Of a stretch of DNA of 64,000 nt, positions 18,946 through 27,519 are shown piece after piece (position 1 is the first letter of the stretch; each line of letters starts with the position of its first letter). The DNA comes from Nitrosopumilus sp. Its GTDB lineage: Archaea; Thermoproteota; Nitrososphaeria; Nitrososphaerales; Nitrosopumilaceae. Below the pieces are notes generated by a model. The model was given only the letters and a program-made list of their open reading frames with translations. It was not told the DNA's origin and ran no database searches. The DNA lies in NCBI GenBank assembly GCA_965218785.1, contig OZ244650.1:224001-288000 (forward strand). Reading direction: 5' to 3'. The translations under genes and the position numbers were made by a program.

Positions 18946-19533
18946 ATGACACCGCGAAAGGCCACAATCAAACGAGATACCAAGGAGACTAGGGTCGAGG
19001 TATCAGTTGACATGGACGGATCCGGAATAACCAGCATCAAAACCGGCATTAACTTTCTTGATCACCTGATAGTTTCTTTTGGAAAACACGGCATGATGAA
19101 CCTGACAGTTACTGCAAAATCCCACGATAAAATCCAGCATCACCTCGTTGAGGATACTGCAATTACAATCGGACAGACCATCAACAAGGCGTTAGGTACC
19201 AGAAACGGCGTAAGACGATTCGGTTATGCGTCTGTTCCAATGGATGAATCCCTTGCAGAGGCATCAATTGATCTAGTAAAGCGCCCGTTCTCAAAGCTGA
19301 GTTTGTCAATCAAACAAAGTAAAATTGAAGACGTATCCGGAGAGGATCTCGAACATTTTTTCCAGTCATTACTACACAACATGAACAGCTGCATCCACCT
19401 TGCCGTAAGATATGGTGATAATGACCACCACAAAGCAGAAGCTGCCATAAAATCACTTGCAGTCGCATTCAGGGATGCTGTCACCATGGATAAGAAACAG
19501 AAAGGTGTTCCATCCACAAAGGGTACGATGTAA
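18946..19533 (+). CDS. hisB: imidazoleglycerol-phosphate dehydratase
   Basis: RDTKET, HHLVED, PMDE, NDHHKAEA, PSTKG. Confidence 0.95.
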   Translation: MTPRKATIKRDTKETRVEVSVDMDGSGITSIKTGINFLDHLIVSFGKHGMMNLTVTAKSHDKIQHHLVEDTAITIGQTINKALGTRNGVRRFGYASVPMDESLAEASIDLVKRPFSKLSLSIKQSKIEDVSGEDLEHFFQSLLHNMNSCIHLAVRYGDNDHHKAEAAIKSLAVAFRDAVTMDKKQKGVPSTKGTM

Positions 19534-20138
19534 TGACCGGTGTCGCAATCTTTGATTATGGTGCGGGAAACATCTTTAGTCTGAAAAACTCCCTTGAAAG
19601 AGTTGGAGCATCAGTTGATGTGATAACTGATTTTGACGGACCTGACACCTACTCCGGTCTGCTGCTTCCCGGCGTGGGAAACTTTGATCCTGCCATGCAC
19701 AGCATCAGGAATTTATCCAAGACACAGTTTCCAGACTATGTCCGGGAGATGCCCGTACTTGGAATCTGTCTGGGAATGGAGATGTTTTTTGAGAAAAGCG
19801 AGGAGGGAAAAGAGTTGGGACTCGATGTAATTGATGGAAAGATAATCGTACTTCCGTCTTTAATGAAGGTGCCGCACATGGGATGGAATGATCTTCAAAT
19901 AAAAAAACCCGGAAAAATCCTTGACGGTATTGATGACGGCGCATGGGTTTATTTTGTCCATTCATATATGGCAGAGCCCGTCTCTGATGACGTGGTTACC
20001 GCCGAATCTGACTACGGCATCAAGGTGCCTGCCGTTATAGAGCACAAGAACTTTTTTGGAACACAGTTTCATCCCGAGAAATCCGGCAGTGTCGGCAGGA
20101 CCATGATCAGCAATTTTCTCAAAGAGTGTAGGAAATGA
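19533..20138 (+). CDS. hisH: imidazole glycerol phosphate synthase, glutaminase subunit
   Basis: DYGAGN, LPGVG, GICLGM, PHMGWN, YFVHSY, QFHPEKS. Confidence 0.95.
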   Translation: MTGVAIFDYGAGNIFSLKNSLERVGASVDVITDFDGPDTYSGLLLPGVGNFDPAMHSIRNLSKTQFPDYVREMPVLGICLGMEMFFEKSEEGKELGLDVIDGKIIVLPSLMKVPHMGWNDLQIKKPGKILDGIDDGAWVYFVHSYMAEPVSDDVVTAESDYGIKVPAVIEHKNFFGTQFHPEKSGSVGRTMISNFLKECRK

Positions 20139-20842
20139 AGATAATTCCCGCAATTGATCTGATGGACGGGCAGGTAGTCAGACTGTACAGGGGTGATCCC
20201 GCCCAAAAAACCGTGTATAGTAACGACCCTATTGATATTGCAAAAAGATGGGAATCAGACGGGGCAGACATGCTGCACCTGGTGGATCTAGATGCGACAC
20301 TTGGGCGCGGCTCGAATCTGGGAATGATTAAAAAAATACTTGATTCAACTGTAATTCCAGTCGAGGTTGCAGGAGGAATACGCAGTAGAACGCTGGCAGC
20401 AGACATGGCACAAATCTCTGAGAGAATCGTTTTGGGGACACTGGCATTTACTGAGAAACCCCTGTTACAGAAATTACTAGACGAATTTGGATCATCGAAG
20501 ATCGTAATTTCAGTTGATCACAGGGACGGCCAGATAACGATTAACGGCTGGCAGAAAGACACCGACATACGGTTACTTGATGCCATGACTGACTTTGTTG
20601 ATATGGGATTTACAGAGTTTTTACTGACAAACGTCAGCCGTGACGGCACACTTGACGGGCCTGATCTGGAATTTCTGGAGAAATCATGTTGCATATCCAG
20701 AGCAAACGTGATTGCAAGCGGCGGGATCTCCGGCATACACGATATCATACAGGTAAAAGAAAAAAATCCGTTTGGAGTAATACTGGGAAAGGCGCTATAC
20801 GAGGATAAAATCTCAATTAAGGAGGCAAAAAAGGCGGCATGA
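20135..20842 (+). CDS. hisA: ProFAR isomerase
   Basis: IIPAIDL..G.VVRL, HLVDLD, GGIR, DGTL.GPD, ASGG. Confidence 0.95.
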   Translation: MKIIPAIDLMDGQVVRLYRGDPAQKTVYSNDPIDIAKRWESDGADMLHLVDLDATLGRGSNLGMIKKILDSTVIPVEVAGGIRSRTLAADMAQISERIVLGTLAFTEKPLLQKLLDEFGSSKIVISVDHRDGQITINGWQKDTDIRLLDAMTDFVDMGFTEFLLTNVSRDGTLDGPDLEFLEKSCCISRANVIASGGISGIHDIIQVKEKNPFGVILGKALYEDKISIKEAKKAA

Positions 20843-21642
20843 CACTAACAAAGAGGGTGATCCCGTGTCTTGATGTCAAAGACGGGCGGGTTGTAAAAGG
20901 ACTGCACTTTGAATCCATCCGGGATGCAGGTGACCCCGTGGAACTGGCTGAAAAATACAGCAGGGAGGGCGCCGATGAACTAGTCTTTTTGGATATTACC
21001 GCATCTGTACAGCAAAGAAAGACCATCGGGGATCTGGTTCGAAGAGTCGCATCAGTAATTGACATTCCGTTTACCGTGGGCGGGGGAGTCAAATCCCTGG
21101 AGGATGCAAGAAACATTCTTTTACATGGTGCAGACAAAGTCGGAATCAACACTGCGGCAACAAGGAATCCTTTCATCATCACAGAACTAATGAACCAGTT
21201 TGGACGCCAGTGTGTTGTAGTCGCAGTTGATGCAAAAAGAAACTATAATCTAAAAGATAATGTGACATTGTTCTCAAAAGACGGGAAGGATTTCTGGTTT
21301 GAGGTATTTATTTACGGCGGCAAGCAACCAACCGGACTTGATGCCATCACCTGGGTCAGGACCGCGCAGAAACTTGGCGCCGGCGAGATTCTTCTTACCA
21401 GCATTGACCGGGATGGAACCAATGACGGCTATGACATACAACTTACAAAATCCGTTGTTGATTCCGTATCCATTCCCGTGATTGCCTCTGGAGGATGTGG
21501 AAAACCAGAAGATATGGCGGCAGTCTTTGAGAAGACCGACGTCGATGCCGCCCTTGCCGCATCCATCTTTCACTATCAAAGACACGGCGTACATGGCGTC
21601 AAGACATACCTTGCCGCAAAAAACATTCCTGTAAGGTTATAA
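20839..21642 (+). CDS. hisF: imidazole glycerol phosphate synthase, cyclase subunit
   Basis: KRVIPCLDV, GADELVFLDI, GAGEILLTSIDRDGT, LAASIFH. Confidence 0.96.
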   Translation: MTLTKRVIPCLDVKDGRVVKGLHFESIRDAGDPVELAEKYSREGADELVFLDITASVQQRKTIGDLVRRVASVIDIPFTVGGGVKSLEDARNILLHGADKVGINTAATRNPFIITELMNQFGRQCVVVAVDAKRNYNLKDNVTLFSKDGKDFWFEVFIYGGKQPTGLDAITWVRTAQKLGAGEILLTSIDRDGTNDGYDIQLTKSVVDSVSIPVIASGGCGKPEDMAAVFEKTDVDAALAASIFHYQRHGVHGVKTYLAAKNIPVRL

Positions 21643-21664
21643 GACCTGTATACAGTCCGAATAC

Positions 21665-21985
21665 ATGGAAATCAATGATATAGATTTTGAGAAAGGCGGG
21701 GGTCTTGTCCCCGTGATTGTTCAGGATGCCGATACCAAGGACGTCCTGACACTGGCTTACTCCAATCGGGAATCGCTGGAACTTGCAAAAAAGACCGGCA
21801 ACTCTTGGTTTTGGAGCCGTTCAAGAAACAAACTCTGGATGAAGGGCGAAGAGTCTGGAAACACACAGAAGATCAAGGAGATCCTAGTTGACTGTGACTC
21901 TGATGCGGTAATCTATCTTGTCAAACCTTCTGGTCCTGCATGTCACCTGGGAGAACGGGTCTGTTTTCACAATACACTGGACTAG
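21665..21985 (+). CDS. hisI: phosphoribosyl-AMP cyclohydrolase
   Basis: SRSR..LW.KGEESG, DCDSD, GPACH.G..CF. Confidence 0.95.
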   Translation: MEINDIDFEKGGGLVPVIVQDADTKDVLTLAYSNRESLELAKKTGNSWFWSRSRNKLWMKGEESGNTQKIKEILVDCDSDAVIYLVKPSGPACHLGERVCFHNTLD

Positions 21986-22569
21986 CACACGGGTTCATAA
22001 TATTCTTCATCGCCTGGCAGAATGTCCCCTGTTATCTTAAATTCCAGATTTGGATACTCTGTTCCCCTAAACACGACCCTCCAGTCCCCGACAAGGTCAT
22101 CGACTGTGCAGTACCCGTTGATTTTTGATAGACCGGGTTGAAAATATTGGTTAAATGTTGGTTTTTCCAAACCGTCAAACGCGATTGTACGATATACAGA
22201 ATAATGTGTGTCATTTAACGGTCTTAGAAACGCAATCTGTCCCTTTTCATCCGGACCTAGTATGCCGACTCTCACGAAGATCTTCTCCCCTATTATGTAC
22301 TCACTGCGGTCAATCTGAAAGGGTCCTGAGGTAATCCACTCTTGTGGTTTGGGCTTGTATTTGTTCTCTGAGACTTGTCTCTCAATTCTCTCATACTTTT
22401 CTTGAATTGCCCGGGCAGTTGCATTATCAACAGGGTCTACCTGTGGATTTACCGTACCGCCCACTGTAATATTCTCCTTATCTTCTTCTGGTTCTACCGT
22501 CATTACTACTAGTAAAATAACTACTACAACTACAACTCCGGCAATCCCTGCAATCTGACCCGTCTTCAT
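21982..22569 (-). CDS. membrane-anchored hypothetical protein
   Basis: N-terminal TM helix; WITSGPFQIDRSEY..GEKIF motif. Confidence 0.7.
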   Translation of the reverse strand: MKTGQIAGIAGVVVVVVILLVVMTVEPEEDKENITVGGTVNPQVDPVDNATARAIQEKYERIERQVSENKYKPKPQEWITSGPFQIDRSEYIIGEKIFVRVGILGPDEKGQIAFLRPLNDTHYSVYRTIAFDGLEKPTFNQYFQPGLSKINGYCTVDDLVGDWRVVFRGTEYPNLEFKITGDILPGDEEYYEPVC

Positions 22570-22771
22570 GTGATATCTGTTTTAAAAATTCGCTAAAAAC
22601 CTTACTCATGATGGTTCTATCACGCCTACGGCTGATATTCTACGTAAATTCAGTTGGCGTTATTTTGGGCAGTATGGAGTTGTAAAAAAGATCAGAGTAC
22701 TGAGAATCAGCATTCCTTACCATTTAACTCAAGCAAATTATAATGTAATTTTTAAGACATTAAAAGAAGAA

Positions 22772-23158
22772 TCATGGAATTGTAATACGTGCCTTCTTAG
22801 ATGGACCGTTTAAATCTAAAATACATTTTTGTAATACCCACATACCCATGACTGGAAATCCATCTAAAAATAATGCGGGTATTATTAATTTGGGATTTAA
22901 TATTTTATCATGCATTTCTAAAATATTCGTATTTGAAATTGTATCTACTGACACCCGGCGACCATCTGCAAGTTTTACACTTCCCGTACCTGTAAAACTT
23001 GCAAATTCTTTGTATTCTAGGGGTAATTTCAAACCAAACCCTGTCTCTGTGACAAATTCGGTATCTACCAATACCTGCAATTCTTTTTCTGTACCATGAA
23101 TGTTGATTTTAATTTTGACAATGCAGTTCCCGTCATAAGGTAAATCTAAAGTTATCAT
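22772..23158 (-). CDS. retropepsin-like (clan AA) aspartic protease homologue with DTE instead of DTG
   Basis: VLVDTEF, VKLADG, PVMGMWVL pattern typical of single-domain aspartyl proteases. Confidence 0.65.
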   Translation of the reverse strand: MITLDLPYDGNCIVKIKINIHGTEKELQVLVDTEFVTETGFGLKLPLEYKEFASFTGTGSVKLADGRRVSVDTISNTNILEMHDKILNPKLIIPALFLDGFPVMGMWVLQKCILDLNGPSKKARITIP

Positions 23159-23166
23159 TTCAAAAA

Positions 23167-23697
23167 TTAAAGTTTTACGATTTCTTTGAATCCTATCTTT
23201 TCAATATAATAATCCTCAGAGATGTTTTTAGGTGCTAAATCTTCGTTTAGATTTTTTAGTGAATCCTTGATTGAAAGTATATTTCCAGTCAAAGTTATCG
23301 CAATATATTTTCCATAGTTTTCTTTTAAAAACTTTTTAGATAGCCTACTGACAATCGCTTTACTTATTATTACTTTTTTATCTGAATCGGAAAGATTTTC
23401 AATTGTTGATGATTCGTTCGGGATTTGTTGTTTTTGTAATAATTCTTCAAAACAATTTTGTATCAGTGCTTCAAAAAATGGATAATTTTGAGTGAGATTT
23501 TTTTTCATTTTATTATCTAAATTTCCTAATTCTGTAATTTTTTTATCAAAAAATCGTTTATTTTTAATTATCATATTCATCTTTTCTCTCAAGTGTTTAT
23601 TTTCAATCATTAAATGCACAAGTATATTTTCATCTGGTTTCATCTCTAAAAGTTCTTCCGTGTCTTTTTGTATTTTAACTTCTTCCTCAAATTCCAT
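23167..23697 (-). CDS. coiled-coil protein with C-terminal DUF5678-like domain
   Basis: ENYGKYIAITLTGNILSIKDSL..L...YIEKIG at the C-terminus. Confidence 0.55.
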   Translation of the reverse strand: MEFEEEVKIQKDTEELLEMKPDENILVHLMIENKHLREKMNMIIKNKRFFDKKITELGNLDNKMKKNLTQNYPFFEALIQNCFEELLQKQQIPNESSTIENLSDSDKKVIISKAIVSRLSKKFLKENYGKYIAITLTGNILSIKDSLKNLNEDLAPKNISEDYYIEKIGFKEIVKL

Positions 23698-24017
23698 TAT
23701 TCATCATCTTCATAATATCGTCGGAGCACTTTATTACGAGTATTATTCAAACCAAAATCCATGTTATCAAATTTTATGCTAACTGATTTTAAATCCCGTA
23801 ATCGATTATACAATTCTTCCTTGCTTTGTGTTTGATATGCATCCTTAACTCCATGAAGTTGTTCTACATCTTTGACTTCTAGCATACTGCATGTATTTGT
23901 TAAATTGAAAAATATTTTTCTTGTTTTATTAAACCGACCCAATTCTGTATATTTAATTGCATTTTCAAGTGATTCATTTAGTATAATTTTAATATCTTTC
24001 ATAACTGGATTATACAA
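23697..24017 (-). CDS. hypothetical protein
   Basis: 106-aa ORF whose stop overlaps the next start (TAATG). Confidence 0.55.
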   Translation of the reverse strand: MYNPVMKDIKIILNESLENAIKYTELGRFNKTRKIFFNLTNTCSMLEVKDVEQLHGVKDAYQTQSKEELYNRLRDLKSVSIKFDNMDFGLNNTRNKVLRRYYEDDE

Positions 24018-24792
24018 TGGATCTATTTTAGAGTTTATGTGTAATCGATTCTAGACTAACATATTCCGAATATATAAACCGACATCAATCACATATTGAT
24101 GCCCCACATACAAAAATGAAAATTTATACAAAGTTTTCTGATTTTTTTACAGTTTTAGAATATCATGCACAAAATAACAGCACGGATGTGCAGGTTTTAA
24201 AAATCTTCAAGATGATTCAGTAATCCCTTGTTACGATACATGAGGTAAAAGTTTTCCATTCCCGTAATTATCTGTAGATCCATGTTAAACTGTTCTGGTG
24301 TATCATCATACTACTGACAAGCTACTGTTGCGGTCTTGCTCGTACAAGTATCAGACCGTCCATTTGGTCACAACATGTATCCGTGTTTCTTTTTCTTGGC
24401 AGAGTAACTATCCCTCCTAAAGATGGAAGGGTTGGTACCACATGAATGTTGTAAAATGTATTGAATGTAACAAAGAAATTATTCATGAGGAACTCGAATC
24501 TCACGAATGCAGATCTTAAGGAATACAAGATTTTGATTACACGCTAAATGATGAAAAATATGATAATTCTCTTAAACTCTAGGACAACTGATCATTTACA
24601 TCAAGAAAACAACCGCAGGTTGGAGAAACCCTCATGATGAAAATCGGCAATCTATCTCTATTTTTTTTATTTCCTGTTCCACCTTTTTCCCACACACACC
24701 GATTTTTATTATATTTTTCAAGCATTAAAATTAAGTAATACTTAACTTGATATTAGGATTTTTTATGTATAATATAAGAGGAGAAACTGATC

Positions 24793-26012
24793 TTGGCTAG
24801 AACATCACTGGAATGCAGGGAATGTAAGAGACAGTATGACTCTACTTTCAGGTATGTATGTGATGACTGTTTTGGTCCGCTAGATGTAAGGTATGACCAT
24901 GATCGTATCACAATCTCCAAGGATACGTTTGCAGGCCGTGATCAAACGTACTGGCGATATTTTGAACTGCTTCCAATAGAGGAGAAATCAAACATTGTAA
25001 GTATTGGTGCCGGAATGACCCCGTTGATTGCCGCAGACAAACTTGGGGAAAGACTGGGATTAAAGAACCTCTACATCAAAAATGATTCTGTAAATCCGAC
25101 CTTTTCATTCAAGGACAGGCCTGCAGGCGTTGCAGTATCAAAGGCAAAAGAGTTCGGACTCTCCGCTGTAGGCTGTGCATCCACGGGAAACCTGGCATCA
25201 GCTACTGCGGCACATGCTGCCAAGGGGGATTTCCATGCCATGTGTTTGCACCAAGCAACATTGAGATGGCAAAAATAGTACAGGCACTCTCGTATGGGGC
25301 AAACTACATTGCAGTGGATGGAACATATGATGACGCAAACAGGATTGCCGCACGGATCGGTGACAGCAAGGGAATTGGAATTGTAAATATCAACATGCGC
25401 TCCCACTATATAGAGGGCTCAAAAACTCTGGCCTTTGAAGTCGCAGAGCAGCTTGACTGGCAGGTGCCAGACCAGTTGATCGTCCCCGTTGGAAGCGGCG
25501 CAATGCTAAATGCGATCTGCAAGGGATTCGAGGAGTTACAGGGTGTTTCACTGCTCGATGACGTCTCTGGGATGCACATGATCGCAGCACAGCCCCACGG
25601 GTGTGCGCCGATAGTTGATGCATTTAAGGGCGGCAGCAGCGAGGTGGTTCCAGTAGAGCATCCTGATACGGTGGCAAAGAGCCTGGCCATCGGTGATCCC
25701 GGTGATGGCAGATACGTCTTAAAACGATTACAGCAGTATAACGGCTTTGCCGAAGAAGTCAGCAACAGGGAAATCCTGGATGCAATAATACTTCTTGCAA
25801 AAACAGAAGGCATATTCACCGAGCCTGCCGGGGGTGTCTCAGTTGCCGTTTTACAAAAAATGGTAGAGCAGGGAAAAATAAATGCAGATGACAAGGTGGT
25901 GTGTTACGTCACTGGAAACGGTCTAAAGGCGACTGAATCTGTAATGGAGATTCTGCAAAAGCCGCGGGTAATGAAGGCAGAGATTGAAGAAATTTCGGCG
26001 GTTGTAAACTAG
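24793..26012 (+). CDS. thrC: threonine synthase, split by a single-base deletion at about 25224-25228 (frameshift or sequencing error)
   Basis: CRECK..CDDC, NPTFSFKDR, CASTGN in ORF1; EGSKT, VPVGSG, IFTEPAGG, VTGNGLK in ORF2. Adding one G to the G5 run restores AKGGFPCHVFAP. Confidence 0.88.
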
Positions 26013-27347
26013 TTGGCAGGCATTACATTTACGATACCTTCGGTATTGAACCAGGGCGGCGGGGAAAAAAAGACAGAGCTCGTCGCTGATTCACTGACTG
26101 AGGCGTTTGCAGAAATCTCCAAACTCATGGGTGATGATTTTAAGCGCAAAGTGCTGGAAGGTGACGGCATCACCCCGCGTTCATTAATTAACATCTACAT
26201 TAACGGCAAGAACGCAAAATTTTCAGACGGCATGCAGACTGTTCTAAAGGACGGCGATGAGATCTACATCCTGCCTGCAGTTGCAGGCGGCTCTGAGGAA
26301 CTCTCTCCTGTGGAACTTGATAGATATTCCAGACAGGTGATGCTCGAGGAGATCGGATACAACGGACAGCTCAAGCTAAGAAATTCCAGGATATGTGTTG
26401 TCGGGTGCGGCGGTCTTGGCAATCCGATTATAACGCGGCTTGCCGCGATGGGTGTCGGCACACTGCGCATTGTTGACAGGGATGTAATCGAACTATCAAA
26501 CCTGCACAGACAGACCATGTTCAATCAGGATGACGTGGGACAGGTAAAGGTGGAGGTTGCCGCAAAAAAACTGCGCGAGCTGAATCCGGACTGTAGCATT
26601 GAAGCACTGGCAGTATCTGTAAATGATTATACGGCACTTGCAGTAGTGGAGGGCTGTGATGTAATAATTGACGCACTTGACAGTGTCAACGCAAGATATG
26701 CGCTAAACAAGGCATGTGTCAGATTTAACATCCCGTTTGTAACGGGTGCCGCAGTCGGCGTATCAGGACAGGCATTTACGGTCCTGCCAGGGGAGACGGC
26801 ATGTTACCACTGCATGTTTCCATCGTTAGATGAGGATGTAATGCCGACATGCAGCATTGAGGGCGTTCATCCGTCAATACTTTCCATAGTCGGGGGGATT
26901 GAGGTTGCAGAAGCCGTGAAAATAATTCTTGGAAAAACCCCGAGTCTTTGCCGGCGGATACTTCACATTGATTTGGAGCATCTCGACTTTGATAGTACCC
27001 GGACATTCAAGGCAGAGCAGTGCCCCGTCTGTGGAACGGGAAAACCAGACGTCGTGGAAAAAAAAGAGCTGATTCTAGAGGAGTTGTGCGGACGCAATGG
27101 AGGAAGGCGGACTTTTTCCATTACTCCTACTGCTACATTTGATCTTGATGTACACAGCATTACTGCAACTGCAAAAGTATGCGGATTCACTGTAGAGAAC
27201 CTGGGTAATCTGGGACTCTCAATGCGGACAGATGACCTTTCTGTGAGTTTCATGAAAAGGGGCTCTGCTGTAGTTGTGGGGTCTAGAGACGAGACTGATG
27301 CAGTTGCGTTATACAAGAGACTGCTTGGAATAAAGTCCAAGGTATGA
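26013..27347 (+). CDS. MoaD/SAMP ubiquitin-like domain fused to ThiF/MoeB (E1-like) adenylyltransferase
   Basis: N-terminal Ubl ends in ILPAVAGG; then RYSRQ, VGCGGLG, SNLHRQ, CYHC, CPVC. Confidence 0.9.
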   Translation: MAGITFTIPSVLNQGGGEKKTELVADSLTEAFAEISKLMGDDFKRKVLEGDGITPRSLINIYINGKNAKFSDGMQTVLKDGDEIYILPAVAGGSEELSPVELDRYSRQVMLEEIGYNGQLKLRNSRICVVGCGGLGNPIITRLAAMGVGTLRIVDRDVIELSNLHRQTMFNQDDVGQVKVEVAAKKLRELNPDCSIEALAVSVNDYTALAVVEGCDVIIDALDSVNARYALNKACVRFNIPFVTGAAVGVSGQAFTVLPGETACYHCMFPSLDEDVMPTCSIEGVHPSILSIVGGIEVAEAVKIILGKTPSLCRRILHIDLEHLDFDSTRTFKAEQCPVCGTGKPDVVEKKELILEELCGRNGGRRTFSITPTATFDLDVHSITATAKVCGFTVENLGNLGLSMRTDDLSVSFMKRGSAVVVGSRDETDAVALYKRLLGIKSKV

Positions 27348-27481
27348 CAGTTATATTTCATAAATTATGAATAGAATATAGATCTGCTATATCCGGTTTA
27401 TAATTCAATCAAACTCAAATATGATGGAATCATCATATAATAATGATAAAGATCGCATAATGATGGACAAGTTGTCCACTA

Positions 27482-27492
27482 GCCTTATATAC
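27482..27492 (+). promoter_or_regulatory. archaeal TATA box of the S-layer gene
   Basis: CCTTATATAC about 30 nt upstream of the ATG at 27520. Confidence 0.5.
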
Positions 27493-27519
27493 TAATTTTA
27501 AAGAAAAAACTACAATAAC

